In this document: positions 1 through 13,500 of the stretch, piece after piece | Numbering within the stretch: the stretch's first letter is position 1 | How the letters are laid out: each line of letters starts with the position of its first letter | Assembly: GCA_030141605.1 (NCBI GenBank) | Contig: JAQGDQ010000037.1 | Coordinates: 868,001-932,000 of the forward strand | DNA length: 64,000 bases | Direction: 5' to 3' | DNA from: Tubiluchus corallicola | Lineage: Eukaryota; Animalia; Priapulida | The notes under the pieces: generated by a model | Told to the model about the DNA's origin: nothing | Database searches by the model: none | Seen by the model: only the letters and a program-made list of their open reading frames with translations | Translations under genes and position numbers: made by a program

Positions 1-3000
1 CACTTTGGTACTCCAATATAGACAGAAGGTGCAAAAGCTTTATGCCGAGTACAAGGATTCATTACCCGAAGGTAATCAGGCTTCTTTGACTAAGTCTATA
101 GTGTAGGATCTAGGCAATTTGTGTACAGTTTGTACACATTAACATGCTAGTAATTCAGAGTTAAATGCACCACTTTACTAATCTGATGCTGCTCTGTAAC
201 TTCTAGATATTCAGTTCTACCGCTGGTACATGAACGTTAGTGATTATAGATTTTCTTTTTACCTAAGAAATTATAAAATTACAAATCAACAGAAAAGCAA
301 GTTTACATATTTTCCAACAATATGATGTGATTCATGTTTGCAGTAAGTATGTTGGTTTTGTATTTGGGGGGATTTTTGCTTTTATGTACAGTTTACATTT
401 GTATGGATTCATACATAGGCATTTGGTTCACAATAGGTCACAGATGTAAACAAATTGTAGTGAAATGGTGTTGTTTGCCTGTGTGAGCATTTATAATAAA
501 TACCAATTCAGATAGCATTTAGTATAAAGAATATTTTGCCATCTAAACAATAAGTCATCTGCATTTTTAAATACTAAGCCATTATTTAAATTGTGACTTA
601 CATAATGCTTAAAGATATTTTTAGCACTGTGCAATAGTTACTAGTATATGTCCTAACTATATTTAAATTTGATGAGGAATGTGAAATGATTGAAAAAATT
701 TTGTTTACTTATGAAATTTAGGTCAATTTCCTGCTGCCTTAGGAAGAGAACCAGGAGAACTAGGAGAGCTCAGACAAAGACTGATCTTTTTTCTTGAATC
801 ATCAATGCAGTATGTTCCTCAGGCTGTGCTTGTGCAGTTTCCTTTTGATGGTAATTTAATTAGCTTTGACTATTAGTACCCTGCTAGTAATTGGCCACAT
901 GAGTACTTAGTGACAAAATATTAGTTAGTATGTATAATTTTGTTAGAACACTTTATGCTTGCCAGAGAAGTTATGAATGAAAAAATCATTAAGTACAATA
1001 TTCTATACACTATTTATAAATTATAATGACACTTGCACTGTCTTTCTGATTAGCTTCATTTTTACGAGATGGTCAGGAGACTTTGAACTGGTACTGTGTT
1101 GCGACACCTTGTGAGTGCACAAAGTTAATAGCTTACAATGTGAAAATGTTATCAGTTTTCCTAATAATCTTCCAATTTTTCCAGCCTTGTTTGAAGAAAG
1201 AGCAGTCCTGCTAGGACGACTGGGACGACACGAGCAGTCCTTGTCGATTTACGTTTACATCATCCGTGACATGGACAAAGCAGAAGAGTAATTATCATTA
1301 TGTATTATTGTGTTTTCTATCTATGTATCTATGGTGTTTTATTAAAAATTGCTGTCCATGTGCATTTCATGATAGGATCAGTAAGTCATTATTTTTTTGC
1401 CAAGTGTCTTATGGAGTTCATATGACATTTAGAGTCAGGGACACTAGGGTTTAATTTTCTATTTAAGTCCTGCACGCATCGCAGTTAGTTTCTAGGCTCT
1501 TTAGAACTTGAGAGAGCATCTATGAGCTTTACTGTTTGTTAATCTTACAATGGTTGTCTTAATCCCTTGATGAGTGCAAAAACCGTGTACATGTGCAAAA
1601 GTCGCAACGTGTATTTATCTGAACAGACAAGGATTGGCAAAGATTCAGCTACTGCTGTCTGCTCATCCTGGTACTAACATGAGCTGTTGATGTCTTGTCT
1701 AACTTTAGGAATTAGTAATGGATTAACCTGCTAGGTTACACATTGGACCATTTCTTGGAAGACTGTAAAAGATACATTGCCAAAAAATCACCATGTGTTA
1801 CATTAGCTTTTGAGTTTTCTGGGTATTACCACTATCAATGATAATTTTTTGCATGCGTGCTATTATATAAATAAACTAAAAAATTAACTGAGTTTTAAAA
1901 TGGGTTTTCGTTGAAAGTGAGTATTTTTAGTTTGTCACGTTTTGAGGGACTTTTTTGAAAATATTGCAGTCATTTCTCTTATGTTGCAGATACTGTCGGA
2001 GAAACTATGACAAAAACAAAGAGGGTAATAAAGATGTAAGTCATAATGTAAAGTTAAACTATTGAATAATGTTTCAGAAATTTTAGAAAGACGTATGCGA
2101 CAAAATATTGTAGCTATAGTAGCAGTTTAGACATAATTAGTAGTTATTGCCATGCCTTTCAAAGAACTGTAGCATGTAGATTTTAGCAAGTCATTGCCTA
2201 AACCCATATAAAAATGCTCCTTGGCCTTACAGACTTTTAATAAAAGTCACAAAAAATCTATGAACCATATTTTAAAGAACACGGGTATGTAAATGCTTAA
2301 AAGACTAAGGTTACTACGTTATATAAACACAGATGAAAGTAAAGAAAAGTTAAAAAGCATCAAAGATTTACACAAATAATGTTAGCTACATTTTTGCATT
2401 TGTGAGGAAGGTAAGTTAAATATGGAATATTTAATATTTTTTAATGATGGAAGAAATTTACATTTGTTGAATTTTGCATGTTTGAAAATTAACTTTAAAT
2501 TGCTGCAATGTTGTTAGCCGCTATTGTTGTCGTTAATTTTTGCCATAATTGAAACTTTATACAGTAATAATTTATATGTTACCTTTCAGGTGTTTCTGAC
2601 ACTATTTAAAATTTACGTATCACCACCAGATCCCAGCATGATAGGTGTGATGATTCCGCAGTTGCCCATAGTTGAACCTAATCCAGAGGCTGCCTTGAAT
2701 TTGCTGAAGAAATATGCTAACAAAATAGACACGCTTAAGGTACGGATTATTTACTGTTTGGCAGAATGCTTATTTGAAAGAGGCATTTTGGATGGTCATA
2801 GATCGCTCTTTTTAATGTATAATTTTTAAGGTTGCAAGCTTTAAATGTTACATGCAGTAGACTTTGTTGTATTTTGGTGATGGATGTTGAAGATTATGAA
2901 AAATTTGACGACGAAGAACTAATACAAACTTGACTAACCGGTTGCCATGCGACATATTGTAAAACTTTCATAAATCCTCATGAATTTGTATTTATGATTA

Positions 3001-5893
3001 CATAAAAGGAAGGTTCAAACCCTTGCAGTTTATTCATTTGCCACAACAACGAGAGTTCACATTTACAGAAAGGCGGCATTTCGTATACTTCTAGGCCTAT
3101 AAAGCCAATCAGAACCACATTCGGTTTAGAGAACATGTAGTTTGTCAGACCTTGCTTATCATTCACTTTGTGCATCATACCTGATTTCTGCAGCAAAATC
3201 CAGTTAGTATAACATGTGGGATGTGTTTAAACCCTTAGGATGGTTGTGCTTCAGACACATAGATAGATCGATAGAAGGCAGGCAGGTAAGTAGGTAGGTT
3301 GGTTGGTAGGTAGGCAGGCATGCAGGCAGATAAATAGATAGACACATAGATAGGTAGATAGATAAAAGGTTTATTTGCCTACAATAATTGCAGTAGAAAA
3401 CCGAATAAATTGCATTTACAATTTAAAAGACTTTAATTGCAGACAACAAAATAATAAAAAATATACTAAGATCATACAAAGTTCAATACTGATACGATCT
3501 ACAGGTAAAGACTATGCCGTAACATAATAAACCATAACTAAAAAAATTAAATAAAAAACTGAAAGAGTCTACCTATTCACCAAAATTACTGCTTGTTAAA
3601 AGTGTTTTACGTGTGTCTTCTAGCAAGGTTTTCCTTTTCCTTATTGCATCGAGTGTAAATTTCAACAAATAGGTAATAATGGACTGTGTCTTTCTGAATT
3701 TTTCATTTTAAGTGCAATTTTTAAAACAAGGTCAATAACGCCAATTTCTAAAACCAAGTCAAAACAACATACGTGTTTCAGTAAGTGTTTTTCAAATTCA
3801 GAGACTTCATTACTAGTGTACCGAGGACCTAAAATAATTTTGCAAACTCTTGAACATTTTCTATTTTATTGGATTTTATTTCACATGTAATTTATCGGTG
3901 TTGTATTATTACGTCATAATCACAGATACCAACGTTTATTGCAGGCACTTCAGCTTCTTCCACCAGAAACAAATATTTTCGATATTCATCAGTTTCTTGA
4001 AAAGGTTTTGCAAGAGAAGGCTTCACAGAAGCGACAGTGCCAAGTGTTGCGCAACCTCTTGTTTTCCGAGCATTTACAAGTAAGTACACAAAAACATACT
4101 TGGAAGATTTATTGTTTAGAAAGGTGTGATATACCTGATAGAAATTTTTATGTAGCTACTCATTTGTTTTTCAAACTTGTCTGATCTAGTATTTCGCATT
4201 TTTTTAGTTTTTATATTATGTATTACAGGTGCATACATCTGGCAGGACTATCTGATCCCTAATTATTTTCTACCACCTCTGGAAAGGTCAGGATCCAACG
4301 TTATTTTGAGAATATAGAAACAAAGAAGTTGAAAAAATGTTTTTGAGTCTGAATTTAAAAATTTTCTGAAAAACATTCAAACCTGAGCAGTGAAAATTTT
4401 ACTGTTGCTAGTAAGTCAGATACGCAAACTTTTCAAGTAAATGTGACATCCTTCATATTAAATTAATGTTGGCGAAGATTTCTTTCCCAAAATTAATTAT
4501 GTACACTAGTTTTTAATTGCCTCTTAAGTCGTAAGTAAAATGTTCACTGTTCTGGTTTTGAAGTATTGGGACAATTTTTAAATTTCACGCTTGAAACATC
4601 TTTCTTATCCTTTTTGTATGTTTTTGCCATTTCCAGTGGTGGCAGGGAAAATTTTATAGGTATCAGATAGTCCTAGCAAGTGTGTGTAAATTGCAAAGCA
4701 TGTTAACATGGGTGACCTGATTGACCTTTCCGGAGGTGCTAGAAAAAAATAGTGATAAGCGAGGGATGTCTTGTTTCATCTCACTTTCATATTTTTTTCT
4801 TAGGTGCAGGAACAGCGAATATATCAAGAGGCACGTAAGATTATCATTACAGAAGAAAAGACATGTCTGGTGTGTAGAAAGAGGATTGGCACTAGGTATG
4901 TAATCATCATTGAATTTTCAGTACTTTCTCCATGCTGTGCACAATAGTTCTTGCACAATTTTGACTTTGTCACAATAGGGATGTTAACGATAACGATACC
5001 TATCGTTAATTATCGATACAAAAAATTTGTTTTTATCATTATTGTATCAATATTATTCTAGGAATATCATTATCGTATCAAATTTGGCACTTATCGTTAC
5101 TTATCACTTAGATTTACAAAATTGCTTCACTTTTTTCTATTTATTTACAGTAATTACCAAAAGAAATGGATAAAAATAATTATTTACAATAATAAGGTTG
5201 TCAGACGCCGAATCATTTTCTTGTTCTTTAGCCTTTTCTTCATTCTGAATCATACTGACAAAGTACAGAGGCCCTTTTATACACTTTGATACTGACGCAC
5301 GGATATCAAATACACTTTATCGTATTTTTAGTGTCACTTTCCCGACCATGTACAGTTTGCATAGATAAAATATTTTTGTTGTAGTAATATGTTTATCTGT
5401 CGCAGCTTACTTATTCATGAATTTTTATGACAAACAAACTTGTGCTTCATAACTAGCAGCCATTTAAGTATACACCAATGGACTCACTGAAGCACTTTTT
5501 CTGCTGTTGCATAAATGGTCTAATTCCAGTATTGTTTTTATCGTTCAAAATAGTTTATTGTTATCGTATCATTGGAAAAAAGCATCGTTTCGTCAAATTT
5601 GTGTCATTTAACATCCTTATGTCACAAGTTTGTCAACATATTCACTTACTTAATCTTATTATATGGTTATGGTTAGCTTTGTTGTAATAACAAAATATAG
5701 AATTCAAACAAAAATACTTTCATTTTAAAAGTTTGATTGCAGTCAAACATGTTCTCAATTTCGAAATCTTTTCCGTATCATTAAATCTGGTAATTTTGTG
5801 ATCTTTTTCAGCGCATTTGCAAGATTTCCAAATGGTGTGTCTGTACACTACTATTGTATGGAAGCTTATAACAGCGCTATAAGTTGCACTTAA
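1..5893 (+). CDS. VPS39: VPS39/Vam6 HOPS subunit, 3' part (8 coding exons; 5' end outside window)
   Basis: Exons 1-71, 722-850, 1185-1287, 1990-2035, 2590-2739, 3945-4079, 4804-4895, 5812-5893, all GT-AG with consistent phase. They translate to ...GELGELRQRLIFFLESS...FPFDALFEERAVLLGRLGRHEQSLSIYV...EEYCRRNYDKNKEGNKDVFLTL...ITEEKTCLVCRKRIGTSAFARFPNGVSVHYYC, colinear with the VPS39 C-terminus (CHCR repeat plus terminal Zn finger). Stop TAA at 5891-5893. Confidence 0.95.
3259..3380. repeat. Compound GATA/GGTA/GGCA tetranucleotide tract, probably the tail of a minus-strand retroelement relic
   Basis: Degenerate (AGAT)n/(AGGT)n/(AGGC)n run followed by TTTATTTGCC, the same motif found at the LINE 3' end at 6871. 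Confidence 0.6.
4226..4693. mobile_element. MITE-like element with ~60-bp imperfect terminal inverted repeats in a VPS39 intron
   Basis: Left arm AGGACTATCTGATCCCTAATTATTTTCTACCACCTCTGGAAA matches the reverse complement of TTTCCAGTGGTGGCAGGGAAAATTTTATAGGTATCAGATAGTCCT (~4630-4675). Non-coding interior. Confidence 0.65.
4976..5619. mobile_element. Non-autonomous hAT element (MITE), copy 1
   Basis: Termini TAGGGATGTTAA...TTAACATCCTTA, perfect 8-bp target-site duplication TGTCACAA (4968-4975 and 5620-5627), subterminal TATCG repeats. A related copy lies at 34913. Confidence 0.85.
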
Positions 5894-6847
5894 AATGGGT
5901 GCATTGGCTTGGATATATAATGCAAAAAAATAATCTGTAAAAGTGCCTCTTAATCTGTAAAAGTGAACGGTATTATCAGAAAACATTGGCATGTATTGCA
6001 ATCAGGTTAGATTTTGTGCATTTTTGACAACGTCGTATTATTCATTCAAAGATGTGTGTGCTTTGAATTGTATAGCAGGTTATATTATACAGAAAGCAAT
6101 TATCCTAATGTTATTCATTCTTTAAAGCTTTTATTGAAAGGTGTGATATAATGATACTGTGGCTAATGACGAAGAGTAATTTTGTTATTGACTTGTTTTT
6201 TGTTCTGACATTGGTATCAATTCTAACATAGAGGCTGACCAAATTTTGTACGAGCATTGTTAATAATAATTATCTTTAATCAAAACATTTTTAAATTTTG
6301 TAGTATATTTAATATTTATTATTACGGTGTATGATAATGAATTGTAAATAAGAAACTAATAATCTTCATGCAATTTATTCTCACTCGACTTTGGTTTTTT
6401 TATCATTCTTATTTTAAAGGAAAGAACGAGTCACTCAGTAGGTTGGCTTTGCTTTACTGTTATCACTTAAATTTAGAAAAATATATCAAAGAAATTTGCA
6501 AAAAACTTTCCATAAAGCATAAATCAAAAATATACTACCTCTGAAAGGAAATTTTCAGGCGTGGTGATTACCGCCATTCGTTTGAAAATTATGACGTAAA
6601 TGAGGGACTTCGTGACTTTTCGTAAGCACATCCTGGCTTTCAGCTAAATCTGCTCAAATTAATTCTAACATTCATGCAAAAATGTTACAAAGTCAGCTAT
6701 CTAAAGTTTTTGTAAAAACTTATTATACTTTTGGGGAAGATTGACAATGCACTACTTTTCTTCAGGACGAATGACATGATTGGAAGAATGGGCGTTCAAA
6801 ATGAGAGCGCCCAAGCACGAAGTGATCACGGTTTTAAAGTGATTTTT

Positions 6848-9160
6848 ATATATATATATATATAATAATCTTTATTTGCCATTAAAAACATTGATAATCA
6901 CTGATAAAAACTTTATAGAGATAATCAATCAGTGTTAGTTAATAAAAACTTACACTGCTGAAGGCAAATGCGTCAGTGCAATCTAAACTACTGTGCAGTA
7001 ATGACGAATAAAATCAAACATATTTACAACTATACACAAAAAAATATAAAAAAAAACTATGATTTAATTAATATGGCCGTGGGTATATGAATTCGGAATT
7101 AGTGTGTATGTTGTCGTACTGGTGTGATGGTATTTCATATCTGGTTAATATTAGTGATTTTAATTTTGTTTTGAATGCTGATAGGGACTTGATTTGTTTA
7201 ACCTGTAATGGTAGAGAATTCCAAAGTAAAATTGCTTGTTTGATTACAGAGTTCGTTCCATAGTGGGTATTTGTCCTAATTTGTTTTAGATTGAATGTTC
7301 TGGAATTAACGATAGGATTTGGAAAAAAGGTAAATCTGTTATTCTGGAATGGTTTGCTGATGTTGTTAATGTATTTAAATATAAAAAGCAGAGTAAAATA
7401 TTCTTTGTGTGCTTCAATGATTGGGAATTTTAAAGTTTTTCTCAGGTTAGTTGTTGAAGCTTTGAATTTTTGTCTACCTGCCTTGTGTTTGTATGAGTAC
7501 CCAGCTATCAATCTCAATGCATAGTTTTGAAGGAGATTTAATTTTAAGTAATTTTCTCTTTTGGTTTTTTGAAGTAGCGTACATCCATATAAGAAGTGTG
7601 GTAGAACTAAAGTTTTATATATTAGTGTTTTAGTTTCCTTTGTTAGTTGCCCTTTAACTTGTCGGAGATATGATGTGCTAGATGCCATTTTTGTGTATAT
7701 GTTATTAAAGTGATCATCCCATGAAAGATTATTGTCTACTTGTATGCCCAGGAATTTAACATTGTTAGTTTGTTTGATTACAGCATTATCTATTGTCAAA
7801 GTGGTTGATGATGCATCATTAGTATTTAATGAGGGTGACAGTATCATGAATTCTGTTTTGTCATTATTCATTTTTAGCTTGTAATGACTAAATGCCATAT
7901 TTATATTTTTTATATCTTCTTCTAAATAATTTTTTGCAGTTTGGACATTTTCATGGGCTATGTAGATTGTAGTGTCATCAGCGTATTGCGTTATTTGTGA
8001 GTGTTTTAATACACTGGATATGTTGTTTATATATAGGCAAAATAATAACGGACCTAGTAGTGTTCCTTGCGGTATACCTCTGTTTAACGTGGCCCAGTCA
8101 GAAAAGTTGGTTGTATCTAACTTTACTCGTTGTTGTCTATCTTTGAGATAATTTTGTATCAGTTTTAACGATATCGAATCTAATCCGATTTGTTTTAAAT
8201 TATCGTAAAGTAGTTCGTGATTAATGCTATCGAAAGCTTTACTTAAATCCAAAAATGCTGCTAAAATGTATTGCTTGTTGTCTAAACTATGTCTCCAATT
8301 TTCTGTTGTGTGTATTAGGGCGTCAATGGTTGAATGGTGTTTACGGAAGCCAAACTGATGTTTTGATAAAAGTTCATGTTTATTTACATATGAATTTATC
8401 TGATCATAAATTACCCTTTCCCAAACTTTGCCGAAACAATGGATTACGGAAATTGGGCGATAATTCATGGGATCACATTTTGGATCTTTTTTATGGATTG
8501 GAGTCACGTTTGCCATTTTACATACCGTTGGAAATTCGCCTCTCATAATTATCTGATTAGCAATGTAAGTCATATGCGGGGCTATTACAGATGCGCTATC
8601 TTTTAGAATTTTGATAGGAATATCTGATGGTCCACTCCCTTTGTTGGAACTTAGGTTATTTAATATGTCGTTAATTTCTCCTACTGTGACGCTTTTGAAT
8701 GAGAATATTGTGTTAGACGATTTGTTTTTTAATTTATTAATTATATTATTGCTAATATGAGAAGCCACTCCCTTAAAATTTCCAAGATTCAGGAATATTG
8801 CATTTAGCGCGTTGGCAATATCTTTGGGTTTTGTAATAACAGTGTTGTTGATCTTAATTTCGTCAACACGCGTTAGTTTGTTACGGCATTTATTTATTAC
8901 ATTGTTAATAATTTTCCATTTTTCTTTGGTATTTGTTGCGTTTTTACATTGTTGTTGTATATGTTTATTTTTCAAGCATTTATTAAGATTATTAAATTGA
9001 TTTCTCTTTTTTTTATAATTGTTATGATTGTTTTTAGTTTTGTTCTTTTCCCATATATTATACATTCTGTTTTTCGCTATTCTTAGTTTGTCAAGTTCAG
9101 GTGTTGTCCAGGTACTTTCGTTATTGAGTACTAATTTTACTAATTACACGAGGTGCTTAT
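6848..9160 (-). mobile_element. 5'-truncated non-LTR retrotransposon (L2/CR1 group LINE)
   Basis: Contains the RT ORF. The minus-strand 3' end has AATAAA followed by a (TA)n tail at ~6848-6863. Homology fades near 9160 (NKH...WTTPE linker motif). No endonuclease domain is visible. Confidence 0.85.
7068..9065 (-). CDS. LINE ORF2 reverse transcriptase (665 aa from the first ATG; frame open to 9143)
   Basis: Non-LTR RT motifs: NYRPISV, QFGFRKHHST, FLDLSKAFDSINH, GIPQGTLLGPLLF, YADD, KFLGIQVDNNLSW, and C-terminal LWNSLP...SLSAFKTKLK. Confidence 0.93.
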   Translation of the reverse strand: MYNIWEKNKTKNNHNNYKKKRNQFNNLNKCLKNKHIQQQCKNATNTKEKWKIINNVINKCRNKLTRVDEIKINNTVITKPKDIANALNAIFLNLGNFKGVASHISNNIINKLKNKSSNTIFSFKSVTVGEINDILNNLSSNKGSGPSDIPIKILKDSASVIAPHMTYIANQIIMRGEFPTVCKMANVTPIHKKDPKCDPMNYRPISVIHCFGKVWERVIYDQINSYVNKHELLSKHQFGFRKHHSTIDALIHTTENWRHSLDNKQYILAAFLDLSKAFDSINHELLYDNLKQIGLDSISLKLIQNYLKDRQQRVKLDTTNFSDWATLNRGIPQGTLLGPLLFCLYINNISSVLKHSQITQYADDTTIYIAHENVQTAKNYLEEDIKNINMAFSHYKLKMNNDKTEFMILSPSLNTNDASSTTLTIDNAVIKQTNNVKFLGIQVDNNLSWDDHFNNIYTKMASSTSYLRQVKGQLTKETKTLIYKTLVLPHFLYGCTLLQKTKRENYLKLNLLQNYALRLIAGYSYKHKAGRQKFKASTTNLRKTLKFPIIEAHKEYFTLLFIFKYINNISKPFQNNRFTFFPNPIVNSRTFNLKQIRTNTHYGTNSVIKQAILLWNSLPLQVKQIKSLSAFKTKLKSLILTRYEIPSHQYDNIHTNSEFIYPRPY

Positions 9161-10399
9161 TGCAGTTTTATTATTAAATCCTAACATTTTTTGTGAACAT
9201 AGAAAGAACTCTTAACTTTACAGAAGGCTTGGCTTTTTCTTTAATTTAAAACTACTGTTTTTTGTCTAAGGACTAGGTTACTAACAATTATAATAACTTG
9301 AAAAACTGGTAATTTCTGTATCTGTATTACCGCATAGGCTATTATTGCAGGCTGCTGTAGAAAGACTGAGTGGGTAAAACTAAATAAAGAATTTTGCAAA
9401 AAACTGTAGAATATTTGGTAAGTTAAACAGTTACATAAGTAGAAAAACATCATTTTTATCATTATATCAAAACCATGATTTTTTCGGTTTTAAACAAAAA
9501 AAAAAAAAAACCAATGGGACACAAGGAAAAAAATTATAAGCAACAGCATCAACAATTCAAAATTAGTAAAACAATAATTGTTAAACATTTTTAAAAGTCA
9601 TGTGTTAAATTGTTTAACTAGTGATCAAGTAAGCAATTTAGTTGGCCATATATTATTTACTGCACAAATTCAAAAGATATTGGTTCCAGGTCTATGGGTT
9701 TGTTATGTTTAGTCCTTACAGTTTGATCCTCTTCTCAGTTGTTTTAACCTGTCTGTTGAATGACACTTGAATTTCTTTAGCTTTGCCCTCCTGTTATAGT
9801 AATTCATTCTATTCTATAGGTTCGCCGTTGGTGTACTTGATGTGTTTAACGCTAGATTCCTCTACGTTGAAGTTTCTTACTAGGGCTTCCACTTATAGAT
9901 ATTTCTTGTCACAGATGTGCATATCACCACACAACATACAATCTACTATAACTAGTCAATTCACATCATCAGTATCGCCATCTATCAAATGATTATCGAA
10001 TTAGCAGAAGCTAGTATATCTTTAAGAAATAACTTAGGCGTTGATACAGCAGTCCGCTAATAGTAGTAAAGCTGAATGACAGTTATATTTGACCAGGGGT
10101 CACCACCACCCAGTACCGCTTGACCCGCAGTTCATGCTTTGCCATCATCACATGGTACTGTATACTTGTAGAATGCTGTACATAGCATGCGGCTCTCGTA
10201 AATTGACTTTGTATCAATCCGCACGGACGACGAACTACTTTAACTCTAGATTAGCAATCGCATTGATATTAGCGGTTTTATTAAAGTCATTTAGCTTTCT
10301 TAGTAACGACGCAAGCTCACGAAAAACAAGCGTGATACAAAATCTACCAAAAGGTTTGTTTTCGCGTTTTTTCGTGAAGTGGAAAGGGTGTGGGAAAAT

Positions 10400-10555
10400 A
10401 GTGCTGCGTGCACCATTGCGGCGGTGACTGGGCGCGTCGGGTTTCCAGAAGTAATTTTGTAGATAAGTTAATGATTTCTAATAAAATCTGAGTTTGTGTG
10501 AAGTTGAAGGCAAGTTGTACCTTGCCAGTGCGGACGAGCATTCATCATATCTGTG
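10400..10555 (+). promoter_or_regulatory. Probable beta-spectrin promoter / non-coding first exon
   Basis: Locally CpG/GC-rich segment (GCGGCGGTGACTGGGCGCGTCGG) ending in a strong donor TG|GTAAGC at 10556. The ATG exon of spectrin starts with an acceptor at 21461, so an upstream exon must exist. The link between the two is inferred. Confidence 0.45.
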
Positions 10556-13500
10556 GTAAGCGAACTGTAATCTGTCTTTGTGTTGCACTGTCATAGAAAT
10601 GTTATTTTGTAGATAAGTTTGAATTTCGTGGGGAGTGGCAGCCACGCCAATTCAATTGAATATTACTCGCGCTACTATACCGTATCTGAGTATTTAGTTT
10701 CTAGACCCATTTTTCTTTACTACTGTTTATATTGGAGCTTTTATTAAGTTGCTATGGCGATCTAACCTTAGTGACTAAGGACTGTGGGGTGTTAACCTTG
10801 GATTAATGCGTGGCGGGCGCATATTCATTGATAAAACTTGTAATTTGTTGTATTACTGCATTAAATTCTGAAACGAAGCTACCGTGTCAAAGATTTTGTG
10901 CGAATTTGAAACATGCCAGGCCGGTTTTAAGCCAGTTAAACAGATATGTTCAAATTGGGTTCCTCGCACATGCAGGATGTTATGATGAATTAATGATTGT
11001 CCATTGTGCACGAAGTTTCTTGATACTATCAAGGCAGTGAGACTATATACGCTGTCTTGTATATCAATGCTTTTTACTGATCATTTGTTTATTCGTTTTG
11101 TAATTTCAGTTTATCATCACCATTTAACTTTTTAAAAAAGGTACTTGGTGTGCCTTATAATATATATACACATTAATTAGATCATTAGATTTTAATTTTG
11201 CTAATTTGTGGATGATATGCAAACCCTCAGTGCAGAAAAAGCGTTGTTAATGACATTATTTAACATAAAGCTTGGAATATAAAGTTGCATTGTTTGTTAA
11301 ATACGTCCAATGTGCACCGTTTTGCAGCATTTGAGGAATTTGTGGGATTAGAGGGCCCCACTAACAATTTTCTAATCAAACCCTGCACTTCTTGGCACCG
11401 GTCCTGATAATGCTAGTTGTTTTACTGCAAGCTTTCGTAACTTCATAATAATTTCTGGCTGAGCAGTTCATTTTTTTATGTGAACACGATTAGACCTCCC
11501 TAGCTTTATTTGTTAGCAACCGTGAGGTACAATTTTTTAGATCTTGAGATATACTTGATACTTGTTGGTGTTCCTGGTTGTTAGCACTAATTACACTAAT
11601 TTCATTAAGGTTGTTCCAGGATGACATTACTCTCTGTGTATGAAGAAATTGTTTTTATGTCTGTAGAATTACGCAGTTTAAAGAACTTGAGCCGGTGACC
11701 TCTAGTAACATGATTATTCGAACTGAAGTATTTTTTCTGCTGGTCTTATAGTAATTGCAATGTATTTTAAAAGTTTCTCTGAGATCAGCATGAATTTTCC
11801 CTGTCGACAGTGTTTCCAGCTTAAATGCTGAAGAGTCATTTTTTCAATAATGTGTCGATAATTCAAAGTGAAATACTATTTCTACTAGCTTTGGGATTGC
11901 CTTTTTGTAGAGAGCTGAAAGGCTGGTAGCTATTATTGTCTTATATTTTCAATGCGGCTCTAAGAAATCAACTGTGGAGGAGTCAGATATTCAGTACATG
12001 TATACTGAAGCACAATGAACTATGTTGGGCGTCTGTTACTTTGTGTTCGTAAGACGTAATCATATCTTATTTCAGTGGAGTTCAGCACTGCATTATTTTG
12101 TAAATGGTGTCAAGTACCAACATAATTAAACTAGTAAAAACTTTGAAATGTCTACATTGTTCAGTCTAATAGGAATGTTTTGCCTATCCGTATGACAACT
12201 ACTCTTTATTCCTTGTTTTGTGAACCCATTGTTTAAAGGAAGAAAACCTTTTATTTACAAAAACCTGAAATAATTCATCTTGAAATTTTGTGTCATCTAC
12301 ATATATATTGCCTTATGCGCCGAGCTTGTATTAGCAGTAACGCTGTATAAAACTTCAAAATTTAAAATCCTGTGAACAAGTTTATATAACATTGTGTAAA
12401 GTTTGAAAAAATAATCAGAACTTTTGTAGCACATTTCACTAACTAAGCAAAAGTATAAATTACTTTACATGTTTTTTAGTGAGTCAGGGGGCACACTGGG
12501 AAGTCATTGACGTATAATTTTCTTTTCTGGTTACATATAAGTTTCTCAAACAGGTAAGCGTAATGCAACAAAAAAAACTTTGTATAGAAAGTTTTTTGGG
12601 ACATACTTCAGCATTGCCTTTTCATCCCCTATAAGCGCAAGTTATGAATGAGGGCTATTTCGCACAATCAATGTATCTGTAGTGTGTAGGGTACATGTAA
12701 TGTCACATTTGCATAGCAAGAATTATTTCACAGTATGGTCTTGCATGCCAGCACAGTACAAAATTCATTAATTTCATGTCGCTCAGCGCTGAATGAACTG
12801 GGTCCATGAAGCAGCGTTCTCTTTAGTGTCCAAAAATGTGTCTGCACATCTCTACTGCACACCATATGTTGATGACTTGCCTCCTGCTGTTGTATCAGTG
12901 TACCCCATGTTTAAATTTTTGTTGAGCACTCTTTCACTCTTTACCGAAAGTAGTTAGTGTGCCAGGCAGTTGTTTGTCTTGCATTAAAATAGCATGAATT
13001 TTGCAGAAATTAGTTGCATACAGGTAAGAATTGTAGTAACAAAGTTGTTTAAATTCTAAACAAATAAGTTTACATCTTGTTTCCTATCTGTAAAGCAGTA
13101 GCAGCCTACTTTTTTGAATTTATGCATGATCATAAATATGTATTGAAATGTCGTAGACCTGTGTCGTAGTCCCAATTTGTCAAAAATATATATTGTTTAT
13201 TTTATGTAGCAAAAAGAAACAGTTTATAAACAGTTTCCATTTATCAGGTGGTGTTTTCAATACACATTGCAAGCTATATGCTAGTTTATTAAAACAACCC
13301 AAAAGTTCCAAATTTGTGAACAAAAATCTAAGTTCAAATGTTTTGAAGCCCGAATGACCTTTACTTAATACTTTTTAGTTTTTATGTAACAAAATTGCAA
13401 ACATCGCGGAAGAAAAATAAAGTAAAAATCCTTTGATAATTTTCTGTTTTTACTTTAACATTTAATTTTGTACTTACAAATCGCTCTGTGCTTTAAAAAT

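Noticed and set aside
9661-9960. Minus-strand A-rich stretch that reads like protein if TAA/TAG were Gln (possible LINE ORF1 or recoding)
   Set aside because: Five stops in ~85 codons is what random AT-rich DNA gives, and neighbouring genes use TAA as stop.
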